From Octopus vulgaris (Eukaryota), in NCBI GenBank assembly GCA_951406725.2, contig OX597823.1:31558001-31622000 (forward strand): a stretch of DNA of 64,000 bases. Direction: 5' to 3'. Position numbers and translations under genes: made by a program. Positions 13,816 to 26,942 of this stretch are shown piece after piece; position 1 is the first letter of the stretch; every line of letters begins with the position of its first letter. The notes under the pieces were generated by a model. It was not told where the DNA came from and made no database searches. It worked only from the letters and a program-made list of their open reading frames with translations.

Positions 13816-13896
13816 AATATTAGGGAATAAATCCAAATTTACAGGGAAAAAATCAGATTTAGGATTAAATCCAATTTTATAGTAAAATATTATATA

Positions 13897-14073
13897 ATAT
13901 TAATTAGAGACAAAACCACTATTTTGCAAAACAAACAAGGAAAGACTTAATCAATACATAAAATTTTTATAAAAAGTAAAAAAACCGCCACTACAATTGT
14001 TTCATGTCTAAAATTTTATGTATTGATTAAGTCTTTCCTTGTTTGTTTTGCAAAATAGTGGTTTTGTCTCTAA

Positions 14074-14078
<5 letters not shown>
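13897..14078. repeat. ~68-bp perfect inverted repeat (inverted Penelope-type terminal repeat) in (TA)n
   Basis: attaattagagacaaaaccac...aatacataaaatttt and its exact reverse complement; the spacer holds rc GAA-ACAATTGT-A (HHR 3' half). Confidence 0.85.
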
Positions 14079-14117
<39 letters not shown>

Positions 14118-14251
14118 GTTGTGCGCATTAATATATGCATATATAAATGTGAATATATACGTGTATGCATACGCATAAATATACGTATGTCCAGATCACT
14201 ATATGTGTATATAAGTGTATATACATACATACATATATTCTTTTATTTGTT

Positions 14252-14673
14252 TATTCTTTTACTTGTTTCAGTCATTTGACTGCGGTTATACTGGAGCACC
14301 GCCTTACAGCGTTTTACTCGAAGACTTCGACCCCAGGACTTCCTCTTTGTAACCAAAGTACTTATGTTTTGCCGAACCGCTACGTTAGGGGACGTAAACG
14401 CACCAAGTGACGTCAAGTGAGTGTTAGGAGGCAAACACAGACACAAAGACACACGCGCGCGCACACACACACACATACAAACACACAGACACATAGACAC
14501 ACAAACATATATATACGACGGGCTTCTTTCAGTTTCCGTCTACCAGATCCACTGACAAAGATTTAGTTGGCCCGAGGCTAGAAAAAGACACTTGCCCACA
14601 CTGTCACGCAATGCGACTGAACCCGGAACTTTGTGGTTGGAAAGCAAGTTTCTTACCACACGGCCATGCCTAT
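14252..14673 (-). mobile_element. SINE family S1, full length
   Basis: tRNA-like head (GGTTCAGT B-box), tgggcaagtgtctt core, internal (TG)n, CR1-like tail. Confidence 0.9.
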
Positions 14674-14855
14674 ATGTGTGTGTGTGTGTGTGTATGCATG
14701 CATATATTGACAATGATATATATACATATATACATATATACAGAGAGAGAGATACACACACATATGTGTGTGTGCAATTAAATGTCTGTATATGTACACA
14801 CATATATCCAATTATGTATACATACATACACACACACACACACACATATATACAC

Positions 14856-14898
<43 letters not shown>

Positions 14899-14903
14899 GC
14901 ATA

Positions 14904-14968
<65 letters not shown>

Positions 14969-14983
14969 GCATATATATGTATA

Positions 14984-15059
<76 letters not shown>

Positions 15060-15132
15060 ATTTCAGTTTTGGATTTGGTTTGCACGATTTTTTATGTGAG
15101 TTCGTGTGTTGAAGCATATTTTGTTGTGTTTA

Positions 15133-15372
15133 GAGAGTCATTCTCTTTTAGTGCTTTGTTATTTAACACACTCACCGGTAAAGTTTCCACTCATTTACTT
15201 ATTTATTTTTCCCAAAATTTTCGTTACGCCTTGCAACCTTTTCAATAGAGCCAACGACTATTGAAAAGGTTGCAAGACGTAACGAAAATTTTTGGAAAAA
15301 TAAATAAGTTAATGAGTGGAAATCGCACCGGTGAGTGTGTTAAATAACAAGGCACTAAAAGACAATGACTTT
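15133..15372. repeat. ~115-bp-arm inverted repeat (inverted pLTR) with an HHR on each arm
   Basis: gagtcattctct...ccttttcaatag / ctattgaaaagg...aagacaatgactt, 9-nt spacer. Confidence 0.9.
15211..15249 (-). ncRNA. Minimal type I hammerhead, U3-A8 core variant
   Basis: TCTA-TTGAAAA-G-GTTGC-aaggc-GTAAC-GAA-AATT-T-TGGG; mirror copy at 15258-15295 (+). Confidence 0.6.
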
Positions 15373-15505
15373 CACCAGACACAACAATATATGCTTATGT
15401 ATATTTACAGATATTCATAAATGTGTAAGTGTGTATGTAGTATATATGAATATATACGCAGGTGTGTATATACACGCATGCATGTTTACCCATGTGTATG
15501 TCCGC

Positions 15506-15553
<48 letters not shown>

Positions 15554-15699
15554 TAACATGTAAAGCATGAAACTCTCCGTTGTCGGGTAATATCGCTAAA
15601 CAACTTGCATCAAATGCTTTACATATATATCAATGTTTTCTCTACTTCGTGAAACAACATATGCCTCTCTTTCTCTCTCTTCCTCTCTCACTGTCTCTT

Positions 15700-15945
<246 letters not shown>

Positions 15946-16337
15946 CACACACATATGTGTTTGTATCTATCAATCTATCTGTATACACTAACACATATAT
16001 AAAAGAAGACCTTGTCTTTTGTATATGTTTATCTAATTGGGATTATCCGGCACTACTTAATCGCTAACCATGGTTGATCGAATTTATGATGTTATTTCTG
16101 TAATCTGGTAGAAAATTTTGGTTCTTTTGGGAAATATTTGTTTTCTTTCTTCTTTCTTGTATATTGGAATGGATTTATTGAAGAATTTTAGAATTTTATC
16201 AAGTGCAGTTTTTAGAATATTCTTTAAAAAAAAAAAAAGGTAACTGAAATCAAAAACGGAAACTTAATTTCGTCTAAATGTTATAGATTACCGTTAATTT
16301 CATGTAAGAAAAACATTCATGTTGAGAATGTTGTCAT

Positions 16338-16524
16338 AGGTACAGGCATGGATGTGGGGTTATGATGCTCGTTTCCGAAACACATCGTTATGGGTTCAGT
16401 CCCAAGTTACGTGAGTGGTACCTCTTGGGCTAGTGTGTCCTATAATAGCCTCCGAATTTCAATGTTTCTCTTGCTCCGAGCGGGCTGACCAATGCGTTAT
16501 GAGTGGATTGGTAGACGGAATTTT

Positions 16525-16588
<64 letters not shown>

Positions 16589-16825
16589 CGCGCACACGTC
16601 TTTGTGTCCGTCTTAGTTCACCCCCCGTCGCTTGACAACCGGTGTTGGTTTGTTTTTGCCATATTAACTTTGCGTATTAGCAAATGACGCCAATAGAATA
16701 AGTATCACAAAAAGTACCAGGATTTTGAAAACTAAACATTGGGGTTGATTTCTTCAACTCAAAACCCTTCCAGGCGGTACCGCTGCTTGGCCACAGTCGC
16801 CCGGTGACTAAAACAGAGAAAAGAT
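16338..16825 (+). mobile_element. Diverged SINE family S1 copy
   Basis: gggttcagtccc B-box, gagtggattggtagacggaa, cttgacaaccggtgttgg, degenerate tail. Confidence 0.75.
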
Positions 16826-16912
16826 AATGACTAACAGTTCCACTACCATTAGATCTACTGGAAGTTTAGAAATACCATTTTAATATGTTCAAATGCATGT
16901 TGTTAATATCAT

Positions 16913-17216
16913 GTTTCTTTCTTCTCGAGCCACGCCTGGCTCATAAGGGCCGGTTTCCCGGTTTCCTTGGCGTATAGGTACCCCACCTGGATGGGACGCC
17001 GGTTCGTCGCAGGTGAGCTGCAAGATGCAGGAGGAAAGAGTGAGAGAAAGTTGTGGCGAAAGAGTCAGCAGAAGTTCGCCATTACCTTCTGTCGGACCGC
17101 GTGGAGCTCAGGTGTTTCGCTCATAAACACAAACACATCACCCGGTCTGAGATTCGAACCCGCGATCCCTCGACCGCGAGTCCGCTGCTGTAACCACTAG
17201 GCCATGTGCCTCCACT
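16913..17216 (-). mobile_element. SINE family S3 (tail type c) with 10-bp TSD
   Basis: Same head and middle; TSD ttaatatcat at 16903-16912 and 17217-17226. Confidence 0.9.
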
Positions 17217-17545
17217 TTAATATCATAGATTGAGCAAAAAAGGATCCACAAAATGACAATGCAACATGCAAGAAGGCGACGAGGACCTTAAGGATGCAAA
17301 CCTTAAAAATTCCTTTTAAATTCAAGAGACGTGTGTGCCCCTAATTTAATTCTGTGTTAGAATCAGCGTGACATAGAGTGTGACGTGGCTGTACCTTCAT
17401 ATACCTGGCACAATCCAACCATAGACTTCCATACCTTTGCCGGTCACCTGATATCATTTACAAGTGTTAGGTTGCTACGCAATGCTATCGAACTCATATC
17501 TTCGTGATTGCAAATCTAACCATCCAGTGATATACGCACACACAC

Positions 17546-17588
<43 letters not shown>

Positions 17589-17785
17589 GATCATATATAT
17601 GTATGTATGTGTATATTATATACATATTAACAGAAAGAAAGATAGAAAGAGTGAGAGAGAGATAAAGATATACGTATGCATGTGTGCTTGTATAAATATG
17701 TGTATTTATTATGCATATATATGTAAACAAATAAGCATATATGCATATATTCACAAACACACACATGTCTGCCTATGTGTGTGTT

Positions 17786-17829
<44 letters not shown>

Positions 17830-18146
17830 TGTGTCTAAGTATACCTATATACGCGTGTGAATGTCTGCCTGCGTATGTATTTACGCATACATCTCATTTT
17901 CCAAACAATACCTTGTCACAAATACATTATGTGAAAAAAATTGATACTGCTTAAATGGCGGTAAAGATCAAAGGAAATTTATTTCTCTCTTCTAGCTTCA
18001 CTATTTACCATTTTACCATTTCCTTATCTACAACAACCAATCAATGCAAAATAAGAATTAAAATAGATACGATAAAATATTTTAATCTAATTCGAATTGC
18101 AATTTTATGCTTTTATACATTCTTTTAATATATATATACACATACA

Positions 18147-18240
<94 letters not shown>

Positions 18241-18709
18241 CTGCCAAGAGCAAGAGAAACAGATTGAAATTCAAATAAAATAGATATAAATATATGGCAG
18301 AAAGACAGAGAGAGAATATTTGTTAATGTTGTGACAGAGAAAGAGAGAGACAGAGAGACAGGGTAACATGGAGTCATGGAGACAGGTAGACAGACGCAAA
18401 CAAATAGAGACAAAGAATTCCACTATCATGTCCTCGTATTTCAGATTCTTCCTTTGTTGCGTCACGTCTCGTCGGTTCACACGAACGGAATGCTCCTTGT
18501 TTGCGACCAGCTGCGGCAGATAGATAGTTGCCAAATTATATTCTAGACAAAGTCTACTAGGCTGGCGTTTTGTCCCTCGCACAACAGATTAGCACGTTCC
18601 CATTCTCGTCTGTTGTAATCATCCCTTTACAAACTACATTCTGTCATTAGCAAAGAGTCCCAGCTGTCCTCGTGGTGGACACTGCAATAATATACCAAGA
18701 AAGAGAAGA

Positions 18710-19140
18710 AGGCCAATCGATATGATATTAGCCTCAAGGGACTCCTAGGTCAGAAAATAACTCTTGCCAACAGCATTACTATCATCAGACGATGGTAACT
18801 CTCTATGAGAAATAGAGAAGTCGTCCAAGTATAAAAATGTAGAAATAAGGATAACCTGAATGTGGTGAGTGAAAATCGAAATAATCCTCATAATAACAGT
18901 TGGGGCTTAACTATGACAAAAATATATGCAGACAAATACATATCACTTAACACAGTACAGAAAATTTGCATCCAATAAACACTTCACACCTTACGTGGAG
19001 TATTGTTAATACGATAGAAAAATGCAAGACGGAAACATAATACTGCATATACCTGAGGCCATCAGAGTTGAAATCAATGATATAGTGAAAGCACGCAAAA
19101 CATATAAGAACTGCTGAATGATAATAATAAGAATAATAAA
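18710..19140 (+). mobile_element. Decayed R4/Dong-like LINE 3' end followed by (TAA)n
   Basis: EIEKSSKYKNVEIRIT*MW*VKIEIILIITVGA...VQKICI..LHTLRGVL resembles the RLE C-terminus; (TAA)n at 19145-19280. Confidence 0.6.
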
Positions 19141-19142
19141 AT

Positions 19143-19212
<70 letters not shown>

Positions 19213-19216
19213 CAAC

Positions 19217-19280
<64 letters not shown>

Positions 19281-19480
19281 GCTTTTAAAATTGAAAGATA
19301 TTTACAAATTTATCACAATCTTAGTTGTCAGAATCGGGTTTCCTTTCTTTACAATACATCATTGCTTATCATAAATAACACCCATAGTGAAATGTCCAAT
19401 TTGCTATTACTTGCGATCTCTGGGTATAAGAAGTGGAACCACATCTCGTACAAAACAAAGCAGCAACAACGAAAATAATT

Positions 19481-19493
19481 GTAGTAGTAGTAT

Positions 19494-19566
<73 letters not shown>

Positions 19567-19668
19567 TGGAGGAGGAGGAGGAGGAGAAGGAGGTGGAGGA
19601 GGAGGAGGTGGAGGTGGAGGAGGAGGAGGAGGAGGAGGAGGAGGAGGAGGTGGAGGAGGTGGAGGAGG
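19481..19668 (+). repeat. (TAG)n + (GGA/GGT)n microsatellite
   Basis: Seen directly. Confidence 0.95.
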
Positions 19669-20050
19669 AATGTCACTAATGTTCATTAGTATCGCCTCTC
19701 CCCGGGGTACTCGTTAGCACTTCTTTTGTCCTTTCAACAACCGGTGGAAGCAGGATAAGAAGAAGAGAGGGTTAGATTATAGGAAATATTCCAAGTAAGT
19801 TATAAAGGAATTGCGACAACGATCAATGAAGTAAAGTAGAAAAGAAAGGAGAAAACAGCCGAAATCAGAAAATACGTTGAAAGAAAGAAATCAATATAGA
19901 AAACCTCATCAATCAAACCAGAAACACAGAATTGATATTTTGGAAAGAAAAAGCGAGAAACAATAGCGTAAGACCATGTACAAAAGAAGGTGTGTTGTTT
20001 GGAGAGAAATTTGATGCAGGGGAGTGGAAGAGCCAAGTTCTTGATAATAT

Positions 20051-20258
20051 ATCCTTTTCTACTCTAAGCCCGAAATTTTGGGGGAGGGGCCAATCGATTA
20101 GATTGACCTCCCTACGCAACTGGTACTTAATTTATCGACCCCGAAAGGATGAAAAGCAAAGTCGACTTCGGCGGAATTTGAACTCAGAACGTAACGGCAG
20201 CCGAAATACGGCTACGCATTTCGCCCGGCGTGCTAACATTTCTGCCAGTTCGCCGCCT
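20051..20258 (-). mobile_element. tRNA-derived SINE family S2
   Basis: ggcggcgaactggcagaaatgttagc...gttctgagttcaaattccgccga...ttcatcctttcggggtcgataaattaagtaccag. Confidence 0.9.
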
Positions 20259-20272
20259 TCCTGTCCTAGTTA

Positions 20273-20530
20273 TATTCTTTTCTACTCTAGGCGCAAAGCC
20301 CGAAATTTGGTGGGAGGGCCCAGTCGATTTGATTGACCCCAGTACTCAACTGGTACTTAATTTATCGACCCCAAAAAGATGAAAGGCAAAGTCGACCTCG
20401 GAGGAATTTGAACTCAGAACGTAAAGACAGATGAAATACAGCTAAGAATTTGAACTCAGAACGTAAAGACAGACGAAATACAGCTAAGAATTTCGCCCTG
20501 CGTGCTAACGTTTCTGCCAACTCGCTGCCT
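20273..20530 (-). mobile_element. SINE family S2, tandem second copy with ~42-bp internal duplication
   Basis: gaatttgaactcagaacgtaaagacagaYgaaatacagctaa present twice. Confidence 0.9.
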
Positions 20531-20639
20531 TTCACTTAATAATATATCACATAATAATAAATCATGTGGAAAATTACACAGAAAATGTTGAGATGTGGAA
20601 AGATATAGTGTCCACATGAAAGGAAATATTCGAAAATAA

Positions 20640-21280
20640 TTGAGAAAAAAGATAGGAAAGTGGAAAGATGTAGGAAAACACTTGGTTCATGGCTAATTTG
20701 TTAAAAGATTTACAAGCTTCACTGAAGCTCTGGAGGTAAAAATAAATGAATGCATATCAAAGAGGGGTGTACCAATGAGGCTAACGAAAGGAAGGACCTA
20801 CCTAATACTGACAAACAAATTAAAGGAAAACGCTGACTCAGATGAACGACCAATTACGTGTCTACTAATTATATGGAAACTGCTATCAGGGATAAGTGTA
20901 GAAGAGATATAATTAACACTTATATGAGAAACAATAAAAGAAGCTAATGAGTAGAAATACCGTCGTGTACAGAGCAGAGGAATGGAAGACCGGTTAAATA
21001 TTAGCAAAATGTTCTTCAGATATTGCAGAAATAAGTTGACAAATTTATACATCGCGATGTTCGATTATTGTAAATCATGACTTTGTCACACAGTTGTAGA
21101 TCAAGTGGAAGCCTGGATTCAAGATTAAGAAGATTAAGCGTCTTTAAGTTAAAATCAGGGAGTGAAAGGTTAACGTAGAGATCAGAAGAGGAATCTTTCA
21201 AGGTGATAGCTTTTCTGGCATCATGTTTGTAATTAACGAAGTTAAGGAAGGGTACACATTGGGAAAGGGTAGGGGAAATG
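20640..21280 (+). mobile_element. Decayed R4/Dong-like LINE reverse-transcriptase fragment
   Basis: LTKGRTYLIL...RPITCLLIIWKLLSGI, SRGMEDRL...FDYCKS, IRRGIFQGDSFSGIMFVI. Confidence 0.8.
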
Positions 21281-21294
21281 TGATTCTCTCTCTC

Positions 21295-21689
21295 TTTACT
21301 CTTTTACTTGTTTCAGTCATTTGACTGCGGCCATGCTGGAGCACCGCCTTTAGTCGAGCAAATCGAACCCAGGACTTATTCTTTGTAAGCCTAGTACTTA
21401 TTCTATCGGTTTCTTTTGCCGAACCGCTATGTTACAGGGACATGAACACACCAGCATCGGTTGTCAAGCGATGTTGGGAGGACAAACACAGACACACAAA
21501 CACACACATATATGTATACATATACACGGCAGGCTTCTTTCAGTTTCCGTCTACCAAATCCACTCACAAGGCTTTGGTCGGCCCGAGGCTATAGTAGAAG
21601 TCACTTGCCCAAAGTGCCAAGCAGTGGGACTGAACACGGAACCATGTGGTTGGTAAGCAAGCTACTTACCACACAGCCACTCCTGCGCC
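21295..21689 (-). mobile_element. SINE family S1, full length
   Basis: ggcgcaggagtggctgtgtggtaag head to ...ctgaaacaagtaaaagag tail. Confidence 0.93.
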
Positions 21690-21897
21690 TATTGTTTATT
21701 TCTGGATAATTTAAAACTCTGGACTCCTTAGTGCAAACTGTTCGAATATGTAGAAATGATTTAGTGGGGAAAAACACTTATTAAATATATTTGCCTAATG
21801 ATGAGAATATGAAATCATTGAAAGCAGAAGGTATGCAAATAACTGGAAAGAGTAGAAAATGACACAATCAAAAGATAGAGAAATGAGAGGCCCCTCT

Positions 21898-21934
<37 letters not shown>

Positions 21935-22288
21935 CCGTGTCGGTGCGGATGTGTGTATATTGTAAACTAATCGAATGTTTGTTCAGCGAATTACATGTGT
22001 CCTATACTTTTCGCATCATGATTCTTTTCGCATCATGATTCTTTTCGCACTATTAACTCGCACTATTTTTCTGCACTACTTCCGCCATCAGAATGGTGGC
22101 GCCTTATTGGGTTTGACTGAAAAAGCGGCTGCCCGCTGTGAAAGCTCCAGAGTAACAAACCACTGAACTGGCCATAATGAAGAGTGTGTGTGTGTGTGTG
22201 TGCACGCGCGCGTGTCATCGTGTGTGTGTGTGTCTGTGTGTGTGCGCGCACTTATGTATGTATGCTTGTATATACGTATTTATACATG

Positions 22289-22331
<43 letters not shown>

Positions 22332-22357
22332 ACACACACACATATACATATATAATG

Positions 22358-22490
22358 AATTCAAACAAAGAAGAACAAACAAGAAAAAACAATAACGCGA
22401 GTACGTGGTACAAGTACTGTTTTACCAGACGCTCAGGAAAGGAATCAACGACGATTTAACGTTTCAAGCAAAGTTCTTCAGAAATTGAGG
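22358..22490 (-). mobile_element. HHR-bearing pLTR-like repeat family H2 (degenerate)
   Basis: ATTT-CTGAAGA-AC-ttt-GCTT-GAA-ACGT-T-AAAT, then the tcctgagcgtc motif shared with the 59.9 kb copy. Confidence 0.6.
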
Positions 22491-22519
22491 ACACTCCAAA
22501 AGACTGTCCCATTTTGTAC

Positions 22520-22553
<34 letters not shown>

Positions 22554-22554
22554 T

Positions 22555-22649
<95 letters not shown>

Positions 22650-22859
22650 TAGCGGCGTAAATACACTTTGGTCTCTTATATGTAAGTATACATTTTTCTA
22701 AATCTTGTACGGCTCTATTTCTATCTACCAGCCCTTTCACGCTCTTTCGTTCATTCCACTCTCACATTTCTTTGCCTTCTCTTCTTGCTCACTTTCCCTC
22801 CACTTTTCACTTTATTGTGTCCCAGTCATTTTTTTCTCCCCTCTTTAATTCTTCTGTCA

Positions 22860-23370
22860 CTCTGCCTCTCTCTCATCTCTTCCCAAGTGGCCGACGTTCA
22901 GGCAAGCCTGATCTTTCTTTCTTGGTCTGGCCGTTGTCGGTGCAAAATCGATATTCCTCCCTGTGACTGTGAAATATTGTATCCCTGCCGTAAGGCTTCA
23001 TTTCCACACACGACAGCTTAATCTAATTCGTCCTTAGTCGAAAGACACCTGTTGTTATGTCCTGTTATTGTTTTTATTGTATTTGTGTAACATTGTCCGT
23101 TTCTTTCCGTCCTTGTTTTTTATACATTCGCTGCTTTCTTCCAAGGAATCTAATGCTCTTAGCTTAGTTTTTCCTTGGGACTGGCCAGATTGGTTCAATA
23201 TCGAGTATAACCAACCGAAACTGCAAAGATAACCTGGAACTCGACTGAGGAAAGAAAACACCGAATGACCCGTCCTTGTTTTCGTTGTATCGTCTATCTG
23301 GATGTTTTGTTGTCCCTTTTTTGTATCACCTAACTGTCTGGATGTTTTGCGTTCTTGTCCCATTTTGTAT
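22860..23370 (+). mobile_element. pLTR-like repeat carrying permuted HHR family X2, ending in (TA)n
   Basis: T-rich tail ending tgtcccattttgta (also at 22505-22518). Confidence 0.5.
23196..23254 (+). ncRNA. Non-circularly permuted hammerhead-like ribozyme (family X2)
   Basis: CAAT-A-TCGAGT ... CC-GAA-ACTG ... ACTCGA-CTGAGGA-AAG. Confidence 0.7.
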
Positions 23371-23638
23371 TATATATATATATATAATTCCAAGAGAGTT
23401 AGAGGTTGTGAATCCAACCAACTAAAGGATAATATCTATCCAGTATACTGCTGGTAGAATAATAAATGAGTGATGGTAAAAATTTATACGGTAATTATTG
23501 CCGTATATATATATATAAAAGTAAATAAATGGTACAACGAGGCACCGATATTTACTTTCATTTATTTTCATATATATATATATACACACTTTTGCTCATT
23601 TCAGCCATGCGGATGTGGTCATGCTGGAGCACCATATA

Positions 23639-24731
23639 TCTACTACGTATGTGAAAAATCGGTGTGTGTTGGTTTGTGGCGTTGTTAGCTAATTCCTCCT
23701 ACATCGTTTTATTGATTTTAATGAAACTTGACACGAGAGTAGAACTCGTGTCTGGAAACCTCGTTAATACTTAGATTGTTGAAAAAATCGATAATACGGC
23801 CCCTGGAAGGGATCTTTATATCTACCTCATATTACTAATTCTTTTAAACACCCAAGGGAAATAGCCCATACCACCTGCACAATATTTTTTTAAAACACTC
23901 AAGGGAAATAACCCATTCCATAGTTTATGTTCGGTTACTTTCAATAGTGATTTTTTTGCGTGTCCAATTTCTAATTTTTGCAGACAATATCACTTTTTTA
24001 CTTTATTTGACACGTGGAAACCTCGTCTGGAAACCTCGTGACATGCTTAGATTGTTAAAAAATCGATAATAGTGCCCATCCAATGGATCCTCCTATCTAC
24101 TACATATTACTAATATTTTATTTAAGCAGCCCAAGGAAAATAACCCACACCACCTGCAGTTTTTAGCGAAGCGATCAATATTTGATCCTCACGATCAGCT
24201 GACCTGATTCTACATTTCACTACTCACAGTTTTGAACTGCTAAACATTATTATTGCACTTCCTTAATTTTAATCTCTTTATTCATACGTTTCTAAATATA
24301 CATACTTTTTTGAATGCCTATTACTCCGATAATTCTGCATTTTTACAGTTACACTTTCTCCATGACAGTAGATAATTTTTTTTCCACAACGTATTTGTAG
24401 AGGCGTCATGCAGGCATAGCGTGGATTCGATCACCCTTTGCCAAATTTCACTTAACACTTCAACAACGCTTTTCTCACGGTAACACAATAGTTTTTCTGT
24501 GAACGACAAACTCTCTCGCCAACCTCCGAAAACCTCTCTCAACAACCTCCGATGACCTCTCTTGCCAACCTTCGACAACCTTTCTCCTCTAGCTGACAGT
24601 TTTTGTACTTTTACGTGACAGAAAATATACCTTTTGTGGCAGTTATAACGAAATTGCTTTCTTATATTAGAGTAATGAGGCGTTTCAATAGAACATCTTT
24701 GCCCCCGGGAATTGCCGGGCACACCAGCTAG
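23639..24731 (+). mobile_element. Non-autonomous Helitron (family D) with internal ~140-bp duplication
   Basis: A|TC start; CCCGG-gaattg-CCGGG hairpin then CTAG|T; 23745-23880 duplicated at 24015-24160. Confidence 0.8.
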
Positions 24732-24844
<113 letters not shown>

Positions 24845-24861
24845 AGCAAGAAATGTATCTA

Positions 24862-25135
24862 TCTCTTATTATAAAAGGCAGATTTTATCTGCCTCCCTTT
24901 GGGAGTTATAGAAATCTACAGTATAGGATTTCTTCAATTACAATTTACCTAGCATTTTTAAGAGTAGAATGCATCGCGTCATGCCAGGTCCAGTTTTTAA
25001 AATTTAAACTCCAATTAAGCAAAATTTACAAAAAACTCACATTCTGGTGTGTGTGTCAAATGCTTTTCTTAGTCTGGTTTACACCACACGCAAACGCACA
25101 CACACAGTGTGCAACGAATAAAATGAAAGTAAATA
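24862..25135 (+). mobile_element. Helitron-like family B, 5' portion
   Basis: A|TCTCTTATTATAAAAGGCAG start; near-identical to the 26473 and 28394 copies. Confidence 0.7.
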
Positions 25136-25754
25136 GCGACAGAGTGATTTGAGGAAGACTAAACTGAAAGTATTTAAACCACTACTCAAAAAATAAAAAA
25201 ACACAGCAAACAGAAACAAATAAATACATAACCATTTACTCCTCACACAATTTCTTCAATTAGAGTTTACCTAAGATTTTTTAGAGTACTTCAGTGGGTG
25301 ATGCCATAAAAAATTTCTTTCAATTTTACCACCAATTAAGACAAAATTCGAGAAAACTCAATATTTTAACATATCACTCCGAAAGCATTGATGTACATGT
25401 GTGCGTGCGTGAGTGTGTGTGTGTCATTCCTCACACACACGCATACACATACATATACAACTACATACAACTACATACACATACAACTACATACAAACAC
25501 GTGTGTGTTTGTTATTAGTAAAAAAGGCGCCAAATCACAACTCACTTATCATTCCAACACATTTGCAAAGACACACGGACGGACAGAAAAGGTAAATTGG
25601 TTTTTATTTTACTCTGTATATATTTTATTATATAATATTATATATAGATATATGTATATATAATTGCAGTATGAAACAGTGTTTATGTATAAACAGACGA
25701 CACTTATATATAGTTATTATAATAAGAGATTAATAAATGTATGCATCCGTTTAA

Positions 25755-26070
25755 CCCTTTCGTTACCAAGCCGCCCGAATTTACCTATTCATATTTAAAT
25801 GAGAATATCAGAGCAAATCTCTTTAGTACATTCGTGAAAACACGTATTATACTTCGTAAACACTTCAACTACAGTTTTGTACAAAAATCGAAGTGTAATT
25901 TTAATTCCGTGAATTATGGGAGATTTTTTTCCGAAATTTGTTCCTATTGTGTTTTCAAAATTTGTAATTCTGACAAAAAATGGATACGAATTTCATTATA
26001 TCAAGCAGCGAGTCAGAATTCGAAGGATTTTCTACTGAAGACCTTCATAAATCTAACTCTATGACTGAAA
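25755..26070 (+). mobile_element. piggyBac-like 5' end fragment
   Basis: TTAA|CCCTTTCGTTACC terminus; acidic start MDTNFIISSSESEFEGFSTED; no right end found. Confidence 0.5.
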
Positions 26071-26080
26071 AAAAAAACCA

Positions 26081-26472
26081 TCTTTATATAAGAGTGAAGT
26101 TGTGTGTCTGTCTCCTACGATTTAGATTCCTAACTACTCCCACATTTTGCGGTGCAGTTTAACCAAAAGCGGGTATCTTATAGTCGTGATTCATATCGAG
26201 CCCTTCTGGGTATTAGCGTGCGTCTACGATGAGTCTACGATTTTAAAAAATTTACCATCATATTTTTCCATTTTAATGCATTTTTTTCGCTTTTATATAA
26301 GGGAAGTAACTCTCTAAAAATATCTACGATGTGTCAACGATTTTAAAAAAATTTACCTTAATTTTTTTTCAATTTTTAATGCATTTTTTCCTATTTTTTG
26401 GCTATAACTCTCTAAAAATGCTTATATAGTTATTTCCCTTACAACCCGAGCAACGCCGGGCGATATTGCTAG
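26081..26472 (+). mobile_element. Non-autonomous Helitron family A
   Basis: A|TCTTTATATA start; CCCGAGCAACGCCGGG hairpin; CTAG|T end. Confidence 0.88.
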
Positions 26473-26745
26473 TCTCTTATTATAAAAGGCAGATTTTATC
26501 TGCCTCCCTTTGGGAGTTATACAAATCTACAATATAGGATTTCTTCAATTACAATTTACCTAGCATTTTTAAGAGTAGAATGCATCGCGTCATGCCAGGT
26601 CCAGTTTTTAAAATTTAAACTCCAATTAAGCAAAATTTACAGAAAACTCACATTCTGGTGTGTGTGTCAAATGCTTTTCTTAGTCTGGTTTATACCACAC
26701 GCAAACGCACACACACAGTGGGCAACGAATAAAATGAAAGTAATT
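26473..26745 (+). mobile_element. Helitron-like family B, 5' portion
   Basis: Starts TC directly after the CTAG of family A. Confidence 0.75.
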
Positions 26746-26942
26746 CACTTACTGTAGTGAGTGATTCTTTCACTCTGCCTCCCACTTCCTCTTTCCACAC
26801 ATAGACACGCAAATATATAAATAAAATTGTAAGCTAACGTGCGTGTGTGTGAGTGTGTGTGTGTGTGTGTGCGCGTGTGTGTGAGTGTGTGACAGGAAAG
26901 TTTTTTACGACGAATATAAGACCTATATCCAAGTAGCAGAAA

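Noticed and set aside
22949-23003. CGATAT-T...GAA-ATATTG, first two segments of a second permuted HHR
   Set aside because: No CUGANGA-like core at the expected distance
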